The notes under the pieces are model-generated. The model worked only from the letters and a program-made list of their open reading frames with translations, had not been told where the DNA came from and did no database searches. The translations under genes and the position numbers were made by a program. A stretch of 64,000 bases of DNA from the human T2T-CHM13v2.0 reference genome, Homo sapiens. The stretch lies in the NCBI RefSeq assembly GCF_009914755.1, contig NC_060934.1; one strand, 5' to 3'. Shown piece by piece: positions 14,431-28,783 of this stretch. The number at the start of each line of letters is the position of its first letter. Within the stretch, counting starts at the first letter, position 1.

Positions 14431-16074
14431 TATTTTTATTAAGGATCTGTGGCATTTGCTACCCGGGACTAAGTAAATTTTTGCTCGAGTTACAATATTG
14501 CCACATGGGGGCTCTGCTGTTAGTTGCAAGAGTATCCTAAGCATTCCCCAACATTCTTAAGGGAACTGTTCAACTGGGAATGGCCACAGCTACAGCTACC
14601 AAGTACTAACAGTATAAGGAAGGATCCTCTGGTTTGACATATAGGCTGATATATTTTAGAGTAATATAAGGACCCACAGACTCCTGTTCTCTGCTACTTC
14701 ATTGCAAACTATGCAGGGATTCTCATTTGTCAGAAGTTTAATATCTTTCAGATCTGGGCCCTAAAATAAAAACGTTTTTAAATCAGACATTGTTTCAGAA
14801 ACAAAAATAAAACCAACCTATGGCATAGCTGTTTCTTTATCAAAATCAAGATTGTCTATTATCTTTCTCCTCCTGGTGACTGGGGAATTTAATTCCTAAT
14901 GCTGATATAATTGCCAGGAAGTCGAATTTTAAAACACACCAGTGTATCCAGTTGAAACTATTATATACAGTGCTTTAAAAATACAATATGAAATTTTCTT
15001 CAAAAACTCTTGTCACATCAGAATACATGTGAAGTGGATATAGCAAAATGTTATGATACCATTTAAAGAACACTGACTGACTTTACATTCAAAGCACAGT
15101 CATAGATGCAAAGTAAAACATCAAATATTAAGGTATAAATTTGGTTAAGAGGTTTTTATAGTCCCTCTAAAAGTCTTTTCTCCACTGTGAGAAAATACAG
15201 GAAATTTAGGAATATATATAAAACTAGACGTTTTACAATGTGACTCTGGTGCCACATGTTTCTTGATGGAATTTGTTCTGAAAGAAAAGCTAGAAAACTG
15301 ATTTCTCTCAGCTTAAGTGACTACAAATGAATTTTGATTGCTATCCTATTAATAAGAATTTTTTGTGCCTCAGTTAGATGAACACTTCAATGGCAATACA
15401 AAAATTAGCAGATTTATTTAGCAAGTACCAACAACAAATAATTGCTGTTGCTAAGGGTAAAAAGGCAATTGTGATGGGATGTGAAGAACAGAAATCCTGG
15501 TGATATGAATGTTAACCAATAAAGTTCTCAAACTTGCCATTTAGCGCATTCCTGAATTCTCTGATGGCATAAATACCACAAAGTAGAAGTACAACTTTAC
15601 TCTAAGCTCTAAGTCCTGTATTACTCAAAAGTTCTTCAAATCTTAAACTGCTACCAAGAATGAATAGATGCCCAAAATATCCACTTTGGGGCTGGATATT
15701 CTGCTCAAATTAATGAATAGACTCTTGTTAAACATATATGCCATGAAAACTGACTATGTGCAAGTTAAAGCCTACAATGGGAAAACCACCAAATGCAGAA
15801 CATGGAAAAAGCTAAAGTCCAAATGACGTGGCATCCAACACATCAATGGCATTACAAAATGAAAGAGACTTCAAATACATCAAAAACAAATGCAATGTGT
15901 GGGCTTTTTCTAAGATCTTGATACGAACAAACCTACTTGAAGAACTTGTTAATTTTATTAGGTATAATAATGCTAGATGGTTAAATTAAAAGGCTGTTAG
16001 GAATGCATCCTGAAATGTGCATGTGTGTAGATAGATAAATAGAGAGAGAGAGAGAGGTTATAAAGACATATGTT

Positions 16075-16374
<300 letters not shown>

Positions 16375-18009
16375 AAAGACATATGTTGAAGATTTGCTTT
16401 TAAAATACTCCAGAAAGAAAAAAATATTGCACTTATGTGGGAAGAGGTGTGAGTATCGACGAAATAAAATTAGCAAAATAGTAATAATTTTTGGAGTTGA
16501 TATTTATTATACTAGCCTCTCAACTTTTGCGTATGCTTTACCTCTCCTACTGAAAGGAAGAAAAAAAAGTATTTCCTTGAAGTCATATAGTCTTTTCAGC
16601 CTTCATAAGTCTGCCACTGAAGTTTATAGTGTTGGCTAGATTTCTGTATTCCCATATTTACCTTAGGACTACCTTTGCAGGAAGTGACAGTGAGGAATGC
16701 AATAAAACCTGAGAATATGGATTGACGCTGCTGCATAAATGTATCTTCAGGTGAATGGGAGGGAGACATGTTGGATAACCTTGCAATGTCTCATTCATTA
16801 AATTTGTCTTTTCCCAGAAAGACACTGAGAGACCATTTTAATGGTCAGACCTGGAATATTCTTTATTCATTTATCTAAGTCAGAGATATTCACTCATAAC
16901 CATATGTGACCAGACAGGGTTTTTAATGGAGCCCTTAAAGCAAGCAGATGGAAATCAAGGATATTTCAGGGAAGTGTTAATGCTCTGATGAAGATCTGGA
17001 TATAATTACAAATGTAGACATGCATATGAGTATTCTAACTAGAAATGAAGAAAATTATTTTCACAGCTGTAGGAAACTCTATATTGGCATTCTGACAACC
17101 CTGATATATTGTTGGGTCACAAACATTAAACTCTTTACAAAAGCTAAATCAAATGCGTCTATTGGTGAAAGTACTTTATAAGCGAATACACAGAATATCA
17201 ATGGTGTATTCTGTATAATAAATGGTTGTGGTATTAAAATTAGTAGAAAAGAAATACTGAGGAATGTTTCCTATAATATTAGTAAATTCTGGCATGTCCT
17301 TGGTCATGTTCATGACCCTTGATAACCCTTAATATATGCTCATGGCCACAGAACCTATACAGAATCAAGGGAAAATTAATTTTGTCATAGATACTCTGAT
17401 TGCAGAAATATCTGTAACACTTTATAAATATTGTACAATGTACTTACTCATAAATCATGAAAATGGTTCCTAAGTAAAAATCCTTAAAAGTTTATAAGTC
17501 AGGTTTTATAAGTCCCATTTTGCAGATGAGCAAACTGAGACCCAAAGAAGTTTGCACAGAATCAGTTCCAAATTCCAAATGTCAACTGACATATGCAATA
17601 AACAGTACATGTGTTGAGTCCAAATGTTTCCTTACCTAGTCTTTATGCAATCTCGCATTTAGATTTTCATCAAATCTTTTGGCTCTACTGCCCTCCAAGG
17701 CCATATGCAAAGATGTTGCCTCTGTCTAGTTCATTTGAATGGAAATCCATTTGCTATTGTTTGGGGGCTAATTTTGCAAATCATTTCATAACTTTCTGTT
17801 CAAAAACTACCTTTAAAATATTTAAAAATACATCATGGTGCTTTGAGGCTTAAGATTAAGAAATATTTTCAAGAACTAAAGTCTCATAAAAATGAAGGAA
17901 AGCAAGAGCCAAATCCAGATTTAATCCAAATGTGTTAAACTCTTGGTCTTGCTCACAAAATGTGACCCACGAAAACAGTTATGGCTTCACCATCCCTAGG
18001 GTTGCTTAG

Positions 18010-19155
18010 CCAATAAAAATGAACCATCTTTACTTTCCCTCTTTATTTCATACCTCCACTTCTATTTCCTTAGAAAAGTTCTGTTGATTTTATTGTAAAT
18101 ATATCCCGAATCTAACCAATGCTCACCACTTCCACTGCTAACACCCTGGCCCAAACACCATCATCTATCTCCTGGATTGATATGGTGGCCTCGTTACTGT
18201 GTCCCCTGCTAAGAGTGATCATCTCAGTCAGTCTGTGCTTCTATAAACAAAAATACTATATCCTGGGTGGTTTAAACAGTAAGCATTTATTTCTCACAGT
18301 TCTAATGGCTGGGAAGTCCAAAATGAAGGTAACAGAAGACCTGATGTCAAAGACAGCCTGATTTCTGGCTTCTTAATAGCTGCCTTCTCTTGTAGCAGAG
18401 AGAGAGAAGAAGCAAGCTCTCTCATTTCTGTCTCTTTTTATCCTTATAATCCCACTGATCTGTCATGAGGGCTCCAATACCATGACCTAATTACCTCACA
18501 AATGCTCTATCTCCAAATACCATCACATTGGGAATTGGGGTTTCAATATATGGCTTTTGGGGACGGTAAATGAGAACATCCGATCCACAGCAGTGATCCT
18601 TTTAATAGGTTATTTGATCACATACTAACTCTGCACAAAAATCTCCAGTTAGCTCCCCGTTTTCTCCATAATAAAGCCAGTATTCTTAGAATGTCATCCA
18701 AAGCCCTCCATGACCTCCATCTCCAATTATTCTATCACTTGGTCTCTCCATTCTAGACTCATTGGCCTCCTTGTTGTTCATGGAACACATGATCTGCTTC
18801 CACATTAGGCCTTTGCACTGGCCACTCCCCATATATACATTTAAGTCTCACAAGCTCATATCCTTCAAGGTTTGCTCAGGCCAGTTTCTTAATGGCCCTA
18901 ACCATCCTATTTAAAACTCAGCCCACCTCATACCTTGCACTCCCAATCTTCCTTATATTTTTCTTTTTTTTCATAGTACATATGACCTACTAATATACTG
19001 TATATGTTTATTTTTAATTGTCTGTCTTATCCCTTTAGAATGTAATCTTCACAAGGGTACAGGCCTTTATTTTGCACACAGATGTATTCCCAGTGTCTGG
19101 AACAGTGTTTAGCACACAATGGTTATTCAAATTAAATATTTGTAAAATAAATAAA
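18010..19155. mobile_element. L2 element interrupted by an MLT/MST LTR
   Basis: L2 3'-region motifs on both sides of the LTR (CCAAACACCATCATCTATCTCCTGG...; GGCCTTTGCACTGGCC...; CTTTAGAATGTAATCTTCACAAGGG...). Confidence 0.7.
18220..18592 (-). mobile_element. Solo MaLR LTR (MLT1A/MST-like)
   Basis: CATTTATTTCTCACAGTTCT...GCTGGGAAGTCCAA...CATGACCTAATTACCTC...CCATCACATTGGG; 5-bp TSD GTGAT at 18215-18219 and 18593-18597. Confidence 0.85.
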
Positions 19156-20013
19156 ATATCTGAAGTCAACAACTGTTAAGATATCAGTCCATTCTCTTTC
19201 AGTTATGAATTTCTAAGTTTATATCTGGCAACTCAGTTTCATACTGGACTAAAATTTGGCAGTATTGCCAAACTGAGATTTGATTTATTTACCCAATTTA
19301 AACAAAATATGTTTAGCTATTTGAAGTCCTATAAGCACAATAAAATAAAAAGTCTTTAGATACATGACACTATTTTTATAATTGTATAAATCATTAAGGC
19401 CCTGGATGCATTGGGGATATTTAACTCGTCAGGTAGTTTACGGTTTGTTCTGTATGCGATATTAAGTGCAAAAGAAGTTGCTAGTTTCTAAATACATAAT
19501 GCAATATAATTTTGCTTCTGCTGAAAGGCAAATCAGAAATAATCAGCTCGCTATAGTCGACAAGTAAAAGGAGAAAAAACTTTTAAAAAGTATACAGGCA
19601 AATTACTAAAATCTTTTAGAACACAGTCTTTTCTTTTTCTCTTGAGGGACTACTCTATGTCTTTGCAGTAACTTCTGCAGCCTCAAGTATTCAGTGTGGC
19701 TTAGAATCACATTATTTTGTTTTGGATTTCTCAACTAGCCTCATGGATAATCTTCCCTCTTCAAACAATTTATTATCCTGAACCAGATCAGACCTGGTTG
19801 TGATGCCGACTTAAGGGGTCGTGCCAAAGTAGGGGCCATACACAGTTCCTGGAGGCTGACTCAGTCCAAGAGTGGCTACTGATTACTGTTGAGAAAGAGA
19901 TTGATGGTCAGTATTTTTTTCCTTAATATTATTTCATTATGAACATTTTTCCTTGTCAATCAATACATTGCTACCAAAGCAATTTTTGTTGTAGCACATC
20001 ATTCCTGTCATAT

Positions 20014-20300
20014 AGTTTTGTTTTATTTTTATTTTATTTTTTATTTTTGTGGGTACATAGTAAGTGTGCATGTTTATGGGGTACATGAGATGTTTTGATA
20101 TAGGCATGCAATGTGTAATAATCACATAAGGGTAAGTGTGGTATCCATGCCCTTAAGCATTTACGCTTTGTATAAAAAACAATCCAATTATACTTTTAGT
20201 TATTTTTAAATGCACAATTAATTCATTATTGACTATAGTCACCCCATTGTGCTAGCCAATACTAGGTCTTATTTACTCACTCTAATATTTTATACCCTCA
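20014..20300 (-). mobile_element. L1MA-type 3' end
   Basis: T-rich tail followed by GTGGGTACATAGTAAGTGTG...GGGGTACATGAGATGTTTTGATA, the antisense L1MA 3' terminus. Confidence 0.8.
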
Positions 20301-21949
20301 GTTGTTAGTATTAAGACTAAATAAATATTAATCATAAGATCCAAAGGGTAGGTGTAAAGTCAGAACTATGCAGTAAGATAAGATCAGGAACCAAGATAAA
20401 AGAAAAATGTCTGAAAACTAAGAGCAATGTGTGTAACACAGCAGAGAATAATATTCACCGTAAATAATTCTAGAAGATTTATCCCAGGAAAAGCAAAGTG
20501 AGAGCCCACATTCTCAGTGGGTTCCTCTGTTCTTCTGTCAATGGGAAGTAAAGTATGATGAGCAAGAAGCACAAAGTTAATGGGTCCTCCAGCCTCCTGG
20601 AGTGGCTCTCTGCAGCTCTTGGGCAAAACAGATGTCTCAATGACTACGTGGGAGAGTGAGGGGAAAACTCAGAGCCTTTCAAGCAACAGAGGTGTGAGAG
20701 AGAAGTTATCAATATAATTCTCATTAGTCTGTTTTTGAGAGATACAAGTTGTCAAGCCCATTTGGGATATTAAATGATAAGGGTTCAGTATTACCCTTCT
20801 GTGCTGTGCAAAGGAGAATAGTCAAAAGCATATTTACTGTTCTCATGAAATTTGTAGTTTAACTATGAAGACAAGATATCTGTGAAAAGTAAAGATCACT
20901 TTCTGATCAACTAAGTTTTCTCACTTTCTAGTTTTTGTCTTTGTATATACCTCCTTTAAGAATACTTTCTCCAAAATTGTTTCCAGTCTCACTGACTGAG
21001 GAAATTTTCAGGACTCAATCCCATGTACAAATGTTGAACATTACATAATCAGTTATACTATATCCATTGTACTTGTGACTGATATAAAAACATATTTTTT
21101 TCAATAGCTATTTATTGCATGTCTGCAATGTGCCAAGTGCTGTTGTAGATATTAGGAAAAATGAAGTAGACAAAACATTGTCTTTGTCCTTGTGGAACTT
21201 ACATCTCAGTATTATAAGTGTGCAAACCCTCTCTTCCTACTAGGAGAAAATATTATTTTTAATCATTCCTTCACAGTGAGTTTCTTAAACTTATTTCATC
21301 AGAGACTATTGAAAAGCACACACTCTTCCATCCCCCTAGAATGAGAATCCTGGGGGAGGGATTGGGCAGTCTATCTTTTTAAGAAACTCACTGGATGTTT
21401 CATGTGCATTCACAGCTTAGGTAACTCTGGGGGAAAGCACTGCCCTATTAAGAACATACTGCCCAAGGAATTGGTAATATCCATTGTACTATATCTGTAG
21501 GACCCCTTTTGATTGTCATTACTAGCCTTTATCAAACATCTCATCCTTGGAGAATGTGAAAGCTCTCCACGGTTTTCCACAGACAGTTCACCTAACAAAA
21601 AACAACAAGGCAAACTTTTTCAAGAATACCATTATTTTTAAATAAAATGCCTCTACATGGCAGATGTTATTATGTTCTACTTTGGAGATGAAAAGAATCG
21701 AACATTATTAGTTATGGTCCACAGAACCAGAAGATTTATTTTAAAGATAAAGTTCAGATGATGAACATAAAGGAAGTTATCTCATCAAAGAAGGCAAGAC
21801 TGAGTAAATCTCAGAAATCCACCATGTACAATATTTAAAAATGCTCACTAAAGTTGTTCTTTGTGAGTTAATGAAGGTCAGTATAGTCAATATTCAGTAC
21901 GTAATCCTAGCAAGTACAAATAAAGTTAATATTATTCAAATATCTTACA

Positions 21950-22180
21950 CAGGCTTATTGCATGCAACACACTGTTCTAAGTAACATACAGATATTAAAA
22001 TGACTTAATTCTCAAAACATGAAGTGAGTTTTTGTTTTTATGCCCGTTTTGCAGATGAGAAAACTGAGGCATAGGGAAGGTAAGTAACGCGCTTAAGGTT
22101 ACATAGCTGGTAAATTGTAGCCAGGAGTTGGAATCTAGGTGCCAAAATCTATGCTGTTAATCACTAAACTACGCTGCCTT
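21950..22180 (-). mobile_element. MIR
   Basis: Core CCCGTTTTGCAGATGAGAAAACTGAGGC...AAGGTTACATAGCTGGTAAAT. Confidence 0.75.
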
Positions 22181-22344
22181 AGTTTTTATACTTCTTTAGG
22201 AACCTCAGACCAAAAGAAATTTAGGCAATTCTAATAGAACAAGCAAGAATTTGCTAATCACAGCTTCCTTGCCCCAATCCTTTAATCGGCTTCATTTTCA
22301 CTGACTTCTTTTTTAAATGAAGATAACAATGTTGTTGAACAGGA

Positions 22345-22562
22345 TCATCTAGTGGTTAGTGGTTCGGCATAAGAATGACTCGCTTCTGAAGCTCAGCTCT
22401 AGCACTCGCTTGCTGTATGACCTTGAGAAAGTTACCTCCCCAAGTCTGTTTCCTCATCTTTAAAAGAGAGGTTATAATAGGACCCACATCATACTATTGT
22501 TTAAAGAGAAAACAACGTAGCCCATTTAAAGCACTTAGAAAGTGCTCCATAAATATTATTAG
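22345..22562 (+). mobile_element. MIR
   Basis: Core GCTGTATGACCTTGAGAAAGTTAC...GTTTCCTCATCTTTAAAA. Confidence 0.7.
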
Positions 22563-23089
22563 TGTAATAAATAGCAGCAACATCAATAAAGTATGAACCA
22601 AATGATCTCTTGATTCGTATCCTAACACTAAAAATGGTTTATTTCCCTTCTAATTAAAAGAGAATTACAACAACCAAAACAACAAACGAAACTATAGCCA
22701 TAAAATCAATTATATCGTCTGTGAGAAAACCGGAAAGGCTATTGGACACATTAATTCACTTGTCATCAGTCATCCCCTCTATTCCAAAATGTTTGTGTTC
22801 TAACATCCTGAGACACCTTGCATAATATAATCACTGTGACTCCAAGAGGTCAAATGGGCAGGCAGTTAATGCTTCTCTGTGAAAAGCTCAATAATTCATT
22901 TTATAAATTTCAGTTTAAAGCCTGCGTTGAGGTTAAGAAAAATTGACGTTCGGTCTGTGAACTTAATGTCAAGCTCCAGAAAAACTCTGGGCAGCACATG
23001 TTTAGCAATTAAGTGGACACAGACAATAAAGACGTTGCCAAATTGTAAAACAAGACTTGGAAATCACAGAAAATGTTGCTAGTTATTGA

Positions 23090-23320
23090 TCACGGTGACC
23101 ATTCAGTTCCTACTGAGCCACCCAAAAGAATCATTCATTTTCCAGCAGAGAGCCTGCTCATTTGCAAGATAAAAGAGAGACATTTCTGCACATGCCCATA
23201 ATGTTCTTCACCACTGGGGGCAGCTTTACATAAGACTGCATTCACTGAAACCAAAGCAACAGTCCGAGCAGCTTTCAGAATGACAGTCTGCAGAAGTGAG
23301 CTGAGCGTGTGCGCGGTACG
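23090..23320 (+). promoter_or_regulatory. LRRTM3: Putative LRRTM3 promoter/TSS region (CpG-poor, no canonical TATA)
   Basis: Repeat-free sequence directly upstream of the exon-1 5'UTR; octamer-like CTCATTTGCA (about 23157) and D-box TTACATAA (23226-23233). The exact TSS cannot be determined from sequence. Confidence 0.55.
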
Positions 23321-23809
23321 GGGCTCTCCTGCCTTCTGGGCTCCAACGCAGCTCTGTGGCTGAACTGGGTGCTCATCACGGGAACTGCTGGGCTATGGAA
23401 TACAGATGTGGCAGCTCAGGTAGCCCCAAATTGCCTGGAAGAATACATCATGTTTTTCGATAAGAAGAAATTGTAGGATCCAGTTTTTTTTTTAACCGCC
23501 CCCTCCCCACCCCCCAAAAAACTGTAAAGATGCAAAAACGTAATATCCATGAAGATCCTATTACCTAGGAAGATTTTGATGTTTTGCTGCGAATGCGGTG
23601 TTGGGATTTATTTGTTCTTGGAGTGTTCTGCGTGGCTGGCAAAGAATAATGTTCCAAAATCGGTCCATCTCCCAAGGGGTCCAATTTTTCTTCCTGGGTG
23701 TCAGCGAGCCCTGACTCACTACAGTGCAGCTGACAGGGGCTGTCATGCAACTGGCCCCTAAGCCAAAGCAAAAGACCTAAGGACGACCTTTGAACAATAC
23801 AAAGGATGG
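23256..23809 (+). other. LRRTM3: LRRTM3 exon 1 (long 5'UTR + ATGG); 5' boundary approximate
   Basis: Ends AAAGG-ATG-G|GTATGT with strong Kozak context and donor at 23810; in-frame TGA at 23791 upstream of the ATG. Confidence 0.8.
23806..23809 (+). CDS. LRRTM3: LRRTM3 coding exon 1 (ATG + 1 nt)
   Basis: Splicing ATGG to GTTTCAAT at 24143 yields [11 protein letters not shown]..., the LRRTM3 N-terminus. Intron 23810-24142 is GT...TTTCCAG. Confidence 0.93.
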
Positions 23810-24090
23810 GTATGTTTTGTCATTTTTCTTCTTTCCTTCTTAAAAACAAAAAACAAAAAACCTCTAGTGTGTGTAATAATTCTGCCTTAATTATTTTAGA
23901 GATTACCTTGCTCTGCTCTAAGACTATGAATTTATTTGCTTAGTGGCATGTTTCCTTGTTTAACTATTTAAAAAAACAAAACACTAAAGACAATTCTCTT
24001 TAATTACAAAGAGATAATATGTGATGTTAAGTGTTATTTAGATTTAAATTTTTAAAAATGAAAAATATATGCCTATTTTTGCTTGATTAA

Positions 24091-25680
<1,590 letters not shown>

Positions 25681-28050
25681 ACCATTGTGATAAAAAGAGC
25701 TCTTAAAAGCTGGGAAATAAGTGGTGCTTTATTGAACTCTGGTGACTATCAAGGGAACGCGATGCCCCCCCTCCCCTTCCCTCTCCCTCTCACTTTGCTG
25801 GCAAGATCCTTCCTTGTCCGTTTTAGTGCATTCATAATACTGGTCATTTTCCTCTCATACATAATCAACCCATTGAAATTTAAATACCACAATCAATGTG
25901 AAGCTTGAACTCCGGTTTAATATAATACCTATTGTATAAGACCCTTTACTGATTCCATTAATGTCGCATTTGTTTTAAGATAAAACTTCTTTCATAAGTA
26001 ATCCCCCACATTCGCTGTTAGCCTCCTGGTGGGACCAAATCTACAGTTATAGAAGGTTTGCACCTCACTGGCAAATCAAGGAAAGAGGTGAATGATTCCA
26101 GGTGCTCGGAGCTTGAGCTGATTCTTGGAGATGACTCAGTTATGGGAACATTTTACAGACAGGCAGAGCCTTTAAACCAATGCCTGACTTAGAAAAGAAA
26201 ATTGCAGGAAACTATCAAAAGATGGTGCTAGGTTAAAGCAGCACCCTGAGCAGTTTCCAGAGGTGTCTGAATTACAGTAAGGCAAGCACAGGGACAAAGT
26301 GATGAAGGGTTAAAATACTGCAAGCAGACAACTGCAAAATGTGAGGAGATGACAAAAATGTAAAGTTTTCGACTCAGCCTTGTCTCTGAAACCCATCTCT
26401 GTAAAATCAGACTAGAGGTTTCACTGCCAATTTCTTCTAGCCTGTATGTTTCATAAATAAATAAATGAAACAGCATTGAGAAGCCAGATTTCTCCACCAC
26501 ACCTCACATTAGTTAGGGAGTTTTCAGATAAGGTTCGCGAATGGGAAAGCAGCTTGCTACAGGCATGTGGTTGAGAGCTTACCAGAATTTCTCTTTCCAG
26601 TTTTTTCGAAGACCCTAATGTAGTTAGTAGAATCCTTAGCTCTGTCCTGTTCTGTTCAGAATTTGTCAGGCTGCCCTGTTGTGTTCCATTACATGTCCTG
26701 CACACACCAGTCCCCTAATGACAGACACTTCATTCAGATGTGTAAAGAGAACACATTCCAAGACGTGCCTTCCACCCACAGCCTCATTGAAAAGGACGAC
26801 TTTGATAACACCTTAATAAATGTATAAAACGAATCTTAGAGGAAAAAAGACCAACACTATGACAGTTCTCTGTTGCTTTTCTATTGCTGACATTACAATG
26901 TCCCTGCGTTCATCTGTATTGTGAACTCATCCATCAGTACAGTTCTGTACAGACCCTGTTGGCAATCTGCAAGCTGCATGCATGTTTTTATGTCATTGGT
27001 GAAAGTTTATTGACTGCAGCACGAATATCATAGCTTCCATATTTGAGTAACTTGAACCACAGTCAATTAAGGTTTTTAGAAAGATATATTTAGTCTGTAT
27101 TCTCCTTCATCCTCCAAAATGAACAGTTCTATTATAGAAGCAAATATCAGGAACTGCAACATTGAGGCTGTTTCATTTAATTTGGCTTGCCAACCCCTAC
27201 ATCTTTAACCATGTCCCTCTTCTCTGAAAACAGAATCACTGCAGCAACAAAGAAAAAGTGAATGGCTATTTTTACTAATTTTTTTTTATTGTTTGGGGGT
27301 TTTTCATATGCTGAGAGGAAAAATCTAGGCAAGTCACCATAAAATAAAATTATAAGGATGCCAGATCATTAAAATCATACTTTTATAAGCAATAAAGAAA
27401 AAGAAATAGTTAAAGTGGATTTCTCAAGGTACTTTGATATTGATTAAATCTTACAATAGATGCCACTTCAGAAAAACATCTTAGTTACAATGTTTACCCA
27501 TGAATAATTGTTGAATATACATGTATTCATGACAAAAAGTCACATATTTCCAATGGATTAATAATGCAGATACTTCCTCACAGCTTACTGGATGACTGAG
27601 CTTATTGTGATTTTTTTACTGAAGTTGTAACTTTACATTTTTCATAAAGCATCAGTAAATACATATTCCATCTTAAAAAGAAATTTTCTTTGGCTAGCCT
27701 CATTTTTATCTGTACTAAAGATGTTTGTATTAATGAAATGCAGTCTTAAAGTGAAGAACCCCATTTCTATTCTTTTTCACTTAACCTTCTGCCTTACTTG
27801 TGATGGATACCAAATATATTTAGGCAAGGAATACTTATATTTTTGAATTATTGCAAATTCTCAATGCCATGGTGCTACTAGTATATATAAAATATGCTTG
27901 CTGTATTGAAAAGCATTCCTAAAATTCAAAGCTACTTGGAATATAAAATATGATATAACACTAAATGAATCACCAATATTTTGAAAGCTGTCACTTTTTA
28001 ATGCCTAACTTTACTAATAAACATAATAATAGATAAGAACGAAAATAAAA
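25681..28050 (+). other. LRRTM3: 3'UTR of short LRRTM3 isoform / start of intron 2 of long isoform, with candidate poly(A) signals
   Basis: AATAAA at 26456, 26460, 26815, 27391 and 28016; no recognisable transposon. The signal actually used is unknown. Confidence 0.5.
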
Positions 28051-28764
28051 TCCCTTAGGTGGTAAAACTCATTTTGATTTGGGACATGAAATTATGGGAA
28101 AAAAGTTCTTTCTTTCTCCTCACTCTTTGAGAATGAATCTTCTGTAATTCTCAGTATCTTCTGAGCACAGATATATAATTCTTGTAGATTTAATAACTAG
28201 TTTACCACTGTAAATTTTAAAACGCCAACTGCCAGTCTCCTGCTCAAAAGTTGTTGCCTCACCTCCATCCCATGGTACTTTCTGGACTACATATCATAAA
28301 TCTATTTGTATAAGTATTTCAAGTTCATGCAGATTAGAGAAATGTGATTGATATTTATTTTTCTAGTACGTATTTACATAAAATATTGGACTTCCCTCAA
28401 AGGTGACAACAGTTAAAAAAAAAAAAAAAAAAGCCTGACCTGTTGAACTATACAACAGAACACAGAATACTTTGCTTTACCAAAACAGAGAAGAAATGGG
28501 ATTTAGTCTCTAAACTTCATGTGAGTTTTTTTCCATTTTTATTAACCCCAGTACACATAGTGCTACCACAGCATGTAGTTAAATAGTCCCAGTGCCACAG
28601 TCTTGTAAGCAATACTTATGCAAGATATATTGCATTGAAATGAGTTTGTATTTTCCAAGGACGTTGACATTACATCTTTTCAAAGAATTTAAACAATTTT
28701 TTACTTGATTTGGTGAGTGAACTACCTAAGTAGACAGGCAGTAAATTGTCTTTCTATGGAGCAG

Positions 28765-28783
28765 CAGTGACCTCTAGTGTCTG
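28765..28783 (-). promoter_or_regulatory. Candidate CTCF site
   Basis: Minus strand CAGACACTAGAGGTCACTG versus core consensus CCACYAGRKGGCRS (2 mismatches). Confidence 0.45.
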
